A stretch of 32,000 nucleotides of DNA from Raphidiopsis brookii D9 (lineage in GTDB: Bacteria; Cyanobacteriota; Cyanobacteriia; Cyanobacteriales; Nostocaceae), in the NCBI GenBank assembly GCA_000175855.1, contig ACYB01000046.1, forward strand, positions 1-32,000. The letters run 5' to 3'. Both the position numbers and the translations under genes were made by a program. The notes beneath the pieces were generated by a model, which saw only the letters and a list, made by a program, of their open reading frames with translations, was not told where the DNA came from and ran no database searches. Position 1 is the stretch's first letter, and the number at the start of each line of letters is the position of its first letter. Positions 9,801 through 18,324 of the stretch are shown here, in pieces.

Positions 9801-9840
9801 TATGAAATTTTATGAAATTTTAAATTTTAAATTTTAAAAA
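9801..9840 (+). repeat. Short AT-rich tandem repeat: (TATGAAATTT)x2 followed by about 3x TAAATTT-type units
   Basis: Direct reading: tatgaaattt tatgaaattt taaattttaa attttaaaaa, immediately upstream of raf1. Confidence 0.7.
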
Positions 9841-9882
9841 AGTTGATTAGGATAAACTAAGTGGAAACAACAAGAGTAACTT

Positions 9883-10972
9883 ATGACTGAATCGGCCAAC
9901 ACAGAAAACCACCAGGAAAATACTCACAAAAGTAATACAGCTGAAGAGTTACTAGTAAAACTAAGACAAAAAAAAGGTAATTGGGTAGAGTGGGGAAATG
10001 CGATCGCCTATTTACAAAAAAATGGCTATAATCCCCAGGATATTTTTGAAGCTACAGGATTTGAACCGATTCAGCAAAATCAGGTGGTTGTTGGTGCACA
10101 AGTTTACAGCTCCCTAGAAAAATTCGGCGCATCAGAAGCTACCAAAGCCTACTACGGAACAAGAGCCAGTGACATTCTTTACGAACTGAGACTATTAACC
10201 CAGGGAGATAGAGCGACAGCTGCGGAATTTAATTTTTGCCCACAAGCTGGATGTGGATGAAGCAAGGGAAATTGCTAAAGCTATTAAAGACTTCTCCCGA
10301 TTTTCCACTCCCCCAGAAGGATTCAGTACCCATCCAGGAGACGCTGTTGGTTACCAATGCTGGAAACTGGCTAGACAAAACTCAGACCTGCAAGAGAGGT
10401 CTCGTTTAATTGCCAAAGGATTGCGTTTTGTGCAATCGAGTACAGCCAGAAAACAGATTGAACAATTACTAACGGACTTTACCATTGTTCCCCAGCGCAA
10501 TGCGCCCTTGCTTCCCTATTTTCGACTAGAGTCTGATGAAGAACTGCCCAGATTAGTTCCCGTGGTAGGAGAATTACCCCTAACCCCAGAGGATGTCAAG
10601 TCAGTACCGCTAATTATAGAAGAAGCCCCTTTTAACATAGTTAAATTTGCTGGTGAGCAAGCTTGGGTAGCATTACCGGGATGGCAAGTGTTGCGTTCTG
10701 CGGAAGATCCAATAGTGATAATTGGGGAGAGCAACATTTTTCCCCAGAGCAAATCTAGCAAAACCGAACAGATTCTAATTGTGATAGATAGAGACCAAAG
10801 AGATTGGGATGAGGGGGGTTATTTTGCCTTTGACAATGATGGAGAAGTGGATTTTCAGTGGTTTGAAACTCAACCAGAGCAGACAATATTAGGACGCATA
10901 ATTGTCATTTTACGTCCTAAAAAAGTTTTAGACGAAGACTTTACCAAAGATAGTTGGCAAATTGATGAGTGA
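9883..10972 (+). CDS. raf1: RuBisCO accumulation factor 1 (Raf1), reading frame broken once
   Basis: Two adjacent ORFs (9883-10260 and 10253-10972) together form one Raf1-like protein: TAEELLVKLRQKKGNWVEWG...LQKNGYNPQDIFEATGFEPIQQNQ...YYGTRASDILYELRLL...AAEF + DVDEAREIAKAIKDF...STPPEGFSTHPGDAVGYQCWKLA. Removing one T from the T5 run at 10233-10237 restores AAEFNFAHKLDVDEAREIAKA. Confidence 0.85.
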
Positions 10973-10978
10973 TGAGAT

Positions 10979-11641
10979 ATGGAAAAATTAACCCTGTCCA
11001 AGATTTCTAAAGCTGATTTAAAAAGATTTGTGCAATTAGAGGAAAAGGGAATTGGGAGTTATGAGTGGTTAAACCTTGAGAGTATAACCATAACTCAAGA
11101 CGAACAGCAACAGGTGGGGTATATACAATCTCATTTATTAAATTATTCTATTCATTTAATGAATGAAGCAACCATTTGGGCTAGGGGAATTTACCCCTTT
11201 TTACTGTTAGCGGAAAGGGGTAAAATTCAAGCATTAGCGGAAGTATTGTTGCAAGCAAAATATCCTCAATTTGAATTGGAAGGAATTGCCGATGGTTTAC
11301 TAGCTAGGAGTGTGGTTGATAGTGTAGAAGTTCCATATCTGGTGGTGGTAGAAGCGAAAAAGGGTTTAGATAATCAAAATCCTCTATCCCAATTATATGG
11401 ACAACTACTAGCAGCTGGAAGATTAAATTGGCAAGAGGATAGACAAGATCCTCAAGAAGTATATGGGTGTTATACCATTGCTGATGTTTGGACTTTTGTC
11501 CATGGTAAAATTGAAGGTATGGAATCGGAAAAGTTAAGAATGGAACTGGAGTTTTCTAGGGAATATAGTTCCAAAAATGAGGGAGAAATCATCCTAAAAA
11601 TCCTCAAAAAGATTGTTACCAACCATATCAATGTCCATTAG
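10979..11641 (+). CDS. Uncharacterised protein with a PD-(D/E)XK nuclease-like motif
   Basis: Central segment GIADGLLARSVVDSVEVPYLVVVEAKKG...SQLYGQLLAAGRLNW fits D-x(n)-E-x-K plus a Q-containing helix. Starts 6 nt after the raf1 stop. Confidence 0.65.
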   Translation: MEKLTLSKISKADLKRFVQLEEKGIGSYEWLNLESITITQDEQQQVGYIQSHLLNYSIHLMNEATIWARGIYPFLLLAERGKIQALAEVLLQAKYPQFELEGIADGLLARSVVDSVEVPYLVVVEAKKGLDNQNPLSQLYGQLLAAGRLNWQEDRQDPQEVYGCYTIADVWTFVHGKIEGMESEKLRMELEFSREYSSKNEGEIILKILKKIVTNHINVH

Positions 11642-11723
11642 GGAATTAGGGTGATGTGAGCAATAAGCAAATCACAATAAAATTACCCCGCGACTAATAT
11701 TTAGAAATCATAAGAGCAAATCC

Positions 11724-14081
11724 ATGGAACTTGCGAATTTAACCAATTTAAATAGTGAAAATGGTCAAAAATGGGACTCTCAAGATAGAGAACATAGACT
11801 AGAGGTCAAAATCCAACAGATTCGGCAAAAATTGCGTCCTGGACAGGTGCAAATGGCTGATTGGTTGGGGGGTCCATTAGCTGTTTCCGCTGTCCCTGGT
11901 GCAGGTAAATCCACAGGAATGGCTAGTGCAGCAGCTATTGCCATAGCGCGTCATTACTACTCCCACTCCCGTTCCCAATTAGTCCTAGTGACTTTTACCA
12001 GGTCCGCTGCTATGAATCTGAAATTAAAGATTTGTGAAAAATTGCGGGAATTATCTTTACCACAAAAGGGGTTTGTGATTTATACATTACATGGTTTGGC
12101 TTTAAATATTGCCACTCGTTATCCCCAACTGTCTGGTTTGGAGTTAGACCAGGTGAACTTAATTACTCCTAATCGGAGTCATCGTTTAATTAGTATGGCT
12201 GTAGAGCAGTGGATTAGCAAGCATCCCACTATGTATTATCGTTTATTAGAAGGACACCAATTTGATGGGGAAGAAACGGAGAGACTGCGTCGTCAATCGG
12301 TTTTAAGAACGGAGATTCTGCCAGATTTAGCTTATACGACAATTCACGAGGCTAAAAGTTCTGGGATTGTACCAGAAACTCTCTATCAATGGAGTGAGAA
12401 AACTCAAAACTCCTATCAAGTTTTGCGGATTGCAGCAGGACTATATGAGGAGTATGAAAAGTTAATGAAGTCCCAAGGTTTGATTGATTATGATGATATG
12501 ATTTTGGCAGCTTTAGAAGTTTTTAAAAATCCCGGTGCGTTAGGAATTGAAAAAAATAAGATTTTTGCAGTTTTTGAAGACGAAGCACAAGACTCTAGTC
12601 AGCTACAAACTCAACTATTAGAAATATTGGCGGAAAACAAAGATGGCAACGGAGAAAAAACAACTTTGAATTTGGTCAGGGTTGGTGATTCTAATCAAGC
12701 TATTAATTCCACTTTTACGCCTGCAGATCCCATTTATTTTCGGGAATTTTGTCAACAATGTGCTGGGGAACAAAGACTAGCAACTATGAACCAAGCTGGA
12801 CGCAGTAGTAGAATTATTATTGATGCGGCTAACTTTGTTCTGGAATGGGTAAATCAACAATGGTCTAAAAGGAATCTACAAAATCATTCACCAAAAAAAC
12901 TACCATTTATAAATCAGAAAATTCAAGTCGTCAATATTGGTGATCCTCAAACCGATGCCAATCCTGCACCCGCAGGAAAAGGATTGGAACTACATACACC
13001 TGATGATATTCATCACACTGTTGAGTTGATAGGTCAAAAGATTGTAGAACTCTTCAAAAATAATGTAGGTACTGCAGCTATATTAGTCAGAGAGAATCGC
13101 CAAGGTAAATGGTTGGCAGAAAATATAGAACCAATATGTAAACAGCATCATATCGAACTATATGAGGTAGCAGAAACAGAAAGACATTCCCAAGTACCAA
13201 AAGAAATCTTAGCCCTATTGCAGTTTTGCGATCGCCCCCATTCCCAGGATTTTTTAAAAACTGCATTAACCGTGCTGATGCAAAGACAATTAATAGCTGC
13301 TCAAGACGTTAATAGCTTAGCAATTTTACCCGAGGAATTTTTATATCCTACACCATTCACTAAGGTGCAAACAGAAATAGTTAAGGAAGCTGCTCAACTA
13401 TGTAGAAACTTGTTGCAAGCAGCATGGGAAATACCACCATATCAGATAATTTACTTTTTGGCCTCAAGCCTAAACTATGATCAAGGGGAGTTAGCTACAG
13501 CAGATAAATTAGCAGAAAAAGTTAATCTCCAAATTACTGGGGATAGATCTAGAAGTTCCCTAATTACTGCATTAGTGGAAATAGTCAATTCGGAAAAATT
13601 TGAAGCGGTGGATACAGAAAACCCTGAGGCTAAATATATAAAAAAAGGTCAGTTAACAATTATCACCATGCATAAAGCCAAAGGTCTGGACTGGGACTAT
13701 GTGTTCCTACCCTTTTTGCATGAAAATGTAATTCCTGGCAAATTGTGGGTAAAACCCCAAGGTCAATTTTTAGGTGATTTTAGCCTAGCAGAAGTTGCTC
13801 GCGCCCAAATTCGCACTGCACTACATCAAGGAACAGAAACCAAGCAAAATGCCAATCACAACTCAAATAAAAGTCTTTTTGAGCTTAAACAAGCATGGGA
13901 AGAAGCTAAAGATTTAAAACTAGCAGAGGAATATAGACTACTATATGTAGCCATGACCAGGGCAAAAAAACTCCTCTGGATGTCCGCTGCGAAAAAAGCT
14001 CCCTTCACTTGGACAAAACCACATAGTTTACAAGACCTTTCACCATCTCCAGTATTTACAGCTCTCAACGCGATCTCCTAA
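11724..14081 (+). CDS. UvrD/REP-family (SF1A) ATP-dependent DNA helicase
   Basis: Walker A AVPGAGKST, VTFTRSAAMNLKLKI, Walker B-like FAVFEDEAQDSS, motif IV-like MNQAGRSSRIIIDAANF, TIITMHKAKGLDWDYVFLP, and LLYVAMTRAKKLLWM. Confidence 0.92.
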   Translation: MELANLTNLNSENGQKWDSQDREHRLEVKIQQIRQKLRPGQVQMADWLGGPLAVSAVPGAGKSTGMASAAAIAIARHYYSHSRSQLVLVTFTRSAAMNLKLKICEKLRELSLPQKGFVIYTLHGLALNIATRYPQLSGLELDQVNLITPNRSHRLISMAVEQWISKHPTMYYRLLEGHQFDGEETERLRRQSVLRTEILPDLAYTTIHEAKSSGIVPETLYQWSEKTQNSYQVLRIAAGLYEEYEKLMKSQGLIDYDDMILAALEVFKNPGALGIEKNKIFAVFEDEAQDSSQLQTQLLEILAENKDGNGEKTTLNLVRVGDSNQAINSTFTPADPIYFREFCQQCAGEQRLATMNQAGRSSRIIIDAANFVLEWVNQQWSKRNLQNHSPKKLPFINQKIQVVNIGDPQTDANPAPAGKGLELHTPDDIHHTVELIGQKIVELFKNNVGTAAILVRENRQGKWLAENIEPICKQHHIELYEVAETERHSQVPKEILALLQFCDRPHSQDFLKTALTVLMQRQLIAAQDVNSLAILPEEFLYPTPFTKVQTEIVKEAAQLCRNLLQAAWEIPPYQIIYFLASSLNYDQGELATADKLAEKVNLQITGDRSRSSLITALVEIVNSEKFEAVDTENPEAKYIKKGQLTIITMHKAKGLDWDYVFLPFLHENVIPGKLWVKPQGQFLGDFSLAEVARAQIRTALHQGTETKQNANHNSNKSLFELKQAWEEAKDLKLAEEYRLLYVAMTRAKKLLWMSAAKKAPFTWTKPHSLQDLSPSPVFTALNAIS

Positions 14082-14593
14082 TTACCCTCAAACTCCATCT
14101 CCTCTTGAATATAGTCTATTTCCTCAATTTTTGCTGGTCGCACCACAGCAGTTTTGGGAATTTCAACTATTGGGTTATTGAGAGCGACCATCAAAGGAGA
14201 GATTGGTGCTTGTGTTTGGACACTATCTATCTTCTGTTGTGCTAGTTGCAACCTGGAAGTATTTCCTGGCAAAATTCCTGATAAGGAACCAATAACACAA
14301 GCTGCGATAGCAGCACCACCCCACATCCAATTTATCCGACGACGGAAAATTATGCGTTTCCAAACGAGACTAAATAAGTCCGGAGTCCCAGTATAACAGC
14401 TTCGTATGGGCATAGATCGGACACCATGCCTCAATTTTACCAGTCTCATGTACAAACGCTTACCAGATTCATCCGTTGCCAACCACTGCTCTATCCTTTG
14501 ACGTTCAGTAGCTGTAACTTCATCATCCAAGTATGCGCTTAAAAGTTCAAACTGATCACCTTCATTATATTCCTGATAATTAAACCTATCCAT
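14078..14593 (-). CDS. Putative membrane-anchored anti-sigma factor
   Basis: Anti-sigma-like N-terminus FELLSAYLDDEVTATERQRIEQWLATD, one TM segment (WMWGGAAIAACVIGSLSGIL), and location directly downstream of an ECF sigma factor gene. Confidence 0.8.
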   Translation of the reverse strand: MDRFNYQEYNEGDQFELLSAYLDDEVTATERQRIEQWLATDESGKRLYMRLVKLRHGVRSMPIRSCYTGTPDLFSLVWKRIIFRRRINWMWGGAAIAACVIGSLSGILPGNTSRLQLAQQKIDSVQTQAPISPLMVALNNPIVEIPKTAVVRPAKIEEIDYIQEEMEFEGN

Positions 14594-14646
14594 ATTCGCT
14601 TTAACCTTTCCACGGGTAAACTAGAGAAATTTTCCTGTGAATCCAC

Positions 14647-15318
14647 TTAACTATCTAGATAACTTTGTAGTTGGCTTTGCAGTCGGGAACGGGCTCTAGC
14701 TATTCTAGATTTGACGGTTCCTAGGGAAGCACCAGTAATTTGAGCAATTTCTTCGTATGCTAAACCTTCGATTTCTCTGAGGACTATGGTAGTACGGAAA
14801 ATCTCCGGTAAATCAGCAATAGCTTCCCGCAATTGCTCATAAAATTCCCTAGTTCTTAGTTGTTCTTCCGGACTTGGTGTATTGCTAGCAATTTCCCAAT
14901 CCACTTCCCCATCCCCTGCTAAACGAGGAGCATCTAGGGACAAAGAACTGCCAGATCTTTTGCGCTTACGTAGCTCATCATAAAACAAATTAGTGGCAAT
15001 TCGACTTAACCAACCGCGAAATTTAGCGGGTTCTTGTAATCGGTGAATGTTCCGATATACTCGAATCCACACCTCCTGAGCCAAATCAGCTCTGTCAGAC
15101 CAGTCGGGAGCCAAGTGATATAGTACCCTATCTACCTGGGTCTGATAGCGACGCAGCAATTCAGCAAAAGCTGCTTTGTCCGGGCGCAGTCCAGATTGAC
15201 AGCGCAAAATAAGATCCTGATTCGAGAGTTTATCAACTTGCACCGATGCTTGTGAATAATTGGCATCAACAGTTGACCAGGATACAGCAATAGACTGGCT
15301 CATAGATCCCACTGGCAT
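14647..15318 (-). CDS. sigG: ECF (group 3) RNA polymerase sigma factor, SigG-like
   Basis: Sigma2 DLAQEVWIRVYRNIHRLQEPAKFRGWLSRIATNLFYDELRKRKR, sigma4 LPEIFRTTIVLREIEGLAYEEIAQITGASLGTVKSRIARARSRLQ. The true start may be the internal Met (MSQSIAVS). Confidence 0.85.
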   Translation of the reverse strand: MPVGSMSQSIAVSWSTVDANYSQASVQVDKLSNQDLILRCQSGLRPDKAAFAELLRRYQTQVDRVLYHLAPDWSDRADLAQEVWIRVYRNIHRLQEPAKFRGWLSRIATNLFYDELRKRKRSGSSLSLDAPRLAGDGEVDWEIASNTPSPEEQLRTREFYEQLREAIADLPEIFRTTIVLREIEGLAYEEIAQITGASLGTVKSRIARARSRLQSQLQSYLDS

Positions 15319-15412
15319 AAAATAATCTCTATCTATTAGACTGAATCTAATTTCCTATGTTCCCAACCCAGGTGATGAATTTATTACATAGTCTAAACTC
15401 CAGTTATTTGTA

Positions 15413-16132
15413 ATGGCAAAGAAAAAACCTTTACTACCCATGCTTATGTTACTCTGCTTTGGCACGTCCATTGTCTCTCTGATTGTCCATTGGTATACCT
15501 TTAGTGATACAAATGAGTCCAACAATTCCCCCTCCATGATACTGGGAACAAGTACCAACTCCAATAAGCATAATCCTGATTTCTCTTCGGGTATTACTCT
15601 TGGGGATACCGCTTTGGGTGCTGATATGAACTCTTCATCTAATTCTGGTGATGGGGAAAAAAATACAAGATTGGTAGTCCCTACACAACAAAACAAAACA
15701 AATATTGGGTTAAAAGACTCTCCATCTCCCGAAGCAGGAAATAATCAAACTGATGTGGTCGTCGATTTAAGCGATCGCCGGGTTTATGTTTATCTTTATG
15801 ATCAGGTGGTGGCTAGTTACCCAATTGCAGTTGGTAAAAAGGGTTGGGAGACTCCTACGGGTACTTTTAAAGTTATACATAAGGAGCATCACCCTATTTG
15901 GAAACATCCAATTACGGGAAAAATATTTGAAGCGGGGACAGATAGTCCCCTGGGAGATCGATGGATTGGTTTTTGGTCAGATGGTAAGAATGAAATTGGT
16001 TTCCATGGCACACCTAATAAGGATTTGATTGGTGGTGCTGTGTCTCATGGTTGTTTGAGGATGCGTAATTCTGATGTAAGAATGTTATATGAACAAGTGG
16101 ACTTGGGGACTTTTGTATCAGTACGCCACTAG
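15413..16132 (+). CDS. L,D-transpeptidase (YkuD domain)
   Basis: N-terminal TM/signal anchor and the catalytic motif IGFHGTPNKDLIGGAVSHGCLRMRNSDVRMLYEQV (HX(n)SHGCLR). Confidence 0.93.
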   Translation: MAKKKPLLPMLMLLCFGTSIVSLIVHWYTFSDTNESNNSPSMILGTSTNSNKHNPDFSSGITLGDTALGADMNSSSNSGDGEKNTRLVVPTQQNKTNIGLKDSPSPEAGNNQTDVVVDLSDRRVYVYLYDQVVASYPIAVGKKGWETPTGTFKVIHKEHHPIWKHPITGKIFEAGTDSPLGDRWIGFWSDGKNEIGFHGTPNKDLIGGAVSHGCLRMRNSDVRMLYEQVDLGTFVSVRH

Positions 16133-17058
16133 TCAATAGTTTTGGTTTTCCAAAACATAGGATCAATGGATTTTCCATTAACATACAAACCCCAATGCAA
16201 ATGGGGACCAGTAGAAGCACCTGTGGAACCCACAGTACCGATGAGATTGCCAGCTTGGACAAAATCACCCTCTTTCACATTAATTCGGTTCAAGTGGAGG
16301 AAAATGCTGGTTACTCCCTGACCATGGTCAATACCCACCGCGTTCCCATGAACCCTAAACCCCTGGGATACCTTCCCCACTAATGCTACTCTCCCCGCTG
16401 CTGGTGCAATTACTGGTGAACCTGCTGCACCCGCATAGTCTAACCCTCGATGATAGTAATCTTGGGCAAATATGCCATTGTAGTAACGTCTGACACCATA
16501 TCTGGTGCTCATCCTCCCTTTATTGGGATTGAGAAACACTCCATTCCAGTATTTTTCCGGTGTTTGTAGTTCCTTGAACTCTTTTACACGAGCTAGTTCA
16601 TAAGCTGTGGCTTTTACTCCTGCTTTTCCTGGTGGTAGATTGATCCTCTGCACCGGAAATTTCCTAGTACCTACTATTACCTCTAATTTTTTTTCCTCTT
16701 GTCCCCCCACTAATATTGTAATTTTTCTTACCCCTGGTTTTTCTAATGGGGTAGTGGGAATCAGGGAACGATAGGTATTTGGGGCGATCGGAAAGGCTGG
16801 ATATGTGTTTTCATCAACTTTAACATTAGGTTTTATAAGATTTTGGATATCGGTATTGGGAGCTTGTTCCGGATCGGGCTTAATTAGTACTGAGATTGTA
16901 TCTCCCAATTTTACCATTTGTGGTAAAATTTGCACTTCCAATGCTTTTGCTGATGGGATGCAAGCTAGGGGAGTAATTGCCAATATTCCCGTGATCACCT
17001 TGCCCAGACTGGTGAGATTAATCACCCGCAACTTATGGTAAGTATTCATCAATTTCAA
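16129..17058 (-). CDS. M23-family peptidoglycan DD-metalloendopeptidase
   Basis: YYHRGLDYAGAAGSPVIAPAAGRVALVG...HGQGVTSIFLHLNRINVKEGDFVQAGNLIGTVGSTGASTGPHLHWGLYVNG: HxxxD and HLHW metal-binding motifs. Confidence 0.93.
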   Translation of the reverse strand: MKLMNTYHKLRVINLTSLGKVITGILAITPLACIPSAKALEVQILPQMVKLGDTISVLIKPDPEQAPNTDIQNLIKPNVKVDENTYPAFPIAPNTYRSLIPTTPLEKPGVRKITILVGGQEEKKLEVIVGTRKFPVQRINLPPGKAGVKATAYELARVKEFKELQTPEKYWNGVFLNPNKGRMSTRYGVRRYYNGIFAQDYYHRGLDYAGAAGSPVIAPAAGRVALVGKVSQGFRVHGNAVGIDHGQGVTSIFLHLNRINVKEGDFVQAGNLIGTVGSTGASTGPHLHWGLYVNGKSIDPMFWKTKTID

Positions 17059-17168
17059 CCTGGTGACAGTTTTTAAAAATCATTGCTCCAATTGTAACAA
17101 CCCCTTGCAAAAATAAAATATGCTGGTGAATATGATTTCTATCCATAGCATTAGATGATCCAGCCAGG

Positions 17169-18287
17169 TTAAAATCTGCTCCAATGGGTGTTTTCATAAC
17201 CAATAAATATGGCTTTGATTTCTATCCAATCAGGCTTGAACTGATACTTATTTTGTTCTCCTCCTAATTTGAGTTCACTTTCTTGAATTTGATAGTTTTT
17301 ACTATAACTAGACACTTGTGGGGGTTGACGCGAATCACCATCAGAAAAATCGCTCCCAAATAAATCCTCCCATGTTAACCAACAATCTTCCTTGACTTCA
17401 CCAATATGGGATCTCTGTACTTGTTCCCCGCTAGGGTAAAAACCCACCTGTGATTTGGCTGTGAATTCGTGGGGGAGAATAGGAGCAGTTTCTTCACCCA
17501 TTAAGGTAATTTGTCTAGTTTCAAAAATGTAACCTATTACAGATTGAATTAAGACCAAAATATTGGCACTCCCAACAGTTACATTAGCTGGTAACTGAGC
17601 TTGATCTTCTAACTTAACCAGCATTGCATCTACAAAATTTAAACATTTAGATGCCAAAACCCGTGAATAAGAGAATACACGCGGGGGGAGATCAGCTAGA
17701 ATCTCCATATTACTGTTAGAATAGTTATTTATCTGCTCCTCAATGCTATTAGCAATTTGCTTCTGCTGTATGGGTGTTAAAACATCAAAAACCTTATTGT
17801 TTTCCCCCACAAGGACCAAATCACGACTTGCTAAATTAACCGCAATTGCTTCTATCTTAGGAATATGAGACTGTAATGTTTTGCTTGTTAGAGACTGGTC
17901 ATCTCTTGCACCTGTGGTCAACTTTTGCACAATTCCACCAAACCAACCCCAGGATTTGACATTTTGTAAATTTTCTGATTCCCAGGTAGCTGCAGATGGT
18001 AGACTCCTAACCAGTTCCAATACTTTTACAATTGGTAATTCCATTGGTGTATGGTTATCCAAAGGGGGATACATGGGGTTTTTACCCGAAGTTTTCAGTC
18101 TTTTCCCCACTGCTTTTTCAGGTTGTAATAAATTATAAAGCGGGTAAAGCAAAGCCTGCGCCCCCCATTTTGTTGCCAACTGTAAATTGCGGAAAGCACC
18201 TCCCAATTTTTGGGACAACCGACGAGACTGGTGACTGAAAAATTTAAATACTTGGCTTTGATAAGGACTAGAGGAACCGGAGGACAT
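17169..18287 (-). CDS. Conserved-looking hypothetical protein (372 aa)
   Basis: Long open frame filling the gap between the M23 gene and the divergent alpha-mannosidase. No recognisable catalytic motif. Confidence 0.65.
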   Translation of the reverse strand: MSSGSSSPYQSQVFKFFSHQSRRLSQKLGGAFRNLQLATKWGAQALLYPLYNLLQPEKAVGKRLKTSGKNPMYPPLDNHTPMELPIVKVLELVRSLPSAATWESENLQNVKSWGWFGGIVQKLTTGARDDQSLTSKTLQSHIPKIEAIAVNLASRDLVLVGENNKVFDVLTPIQQKQIANSIEEQINNYSNSNMEILADLPPRVFSYSRVLASKCLNFVDAMLVKLEDQAQLPANVTVGSANILVLIQSVIGYIFETRQITLMGEETAPILPHEFTAKSQVGFYPSGEQVQRSHIGEVKEDCWLTWEDLFGSDFSDGDSRQPPQVSSYSKNYQIQESELKLGGEQNKYQFKPDWIEIKAIFIGYENTHWSRF

Positions 18288-18324
18288 TGCGAATTTATTT
18301 ATTAGTTAATTAGGGTTTGCTTTT

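Noticed and set aside
13856-14068. Minus-strand 70-aa ORF at the end of the helicase gene
   Set aside because: Antisense to the conserved LLYVAMTRAKK motif of the helicase; not an upstream part of the anti-sigma operon.
7887-14081. Possible defence island (AlbA_2 protein, Uma2 endonuclease, PD-(D/E)XK protein, SF1 helicase)
   Set aside because: raf1 is embedded among them, Uma2 and PD-(D/E)XK proteins are extremely common in cyanobacterial chromosomes, and no toxin, effector, methyltransferase or mobile gene is present. Only the local nuclease-helicase adjacency is reported.
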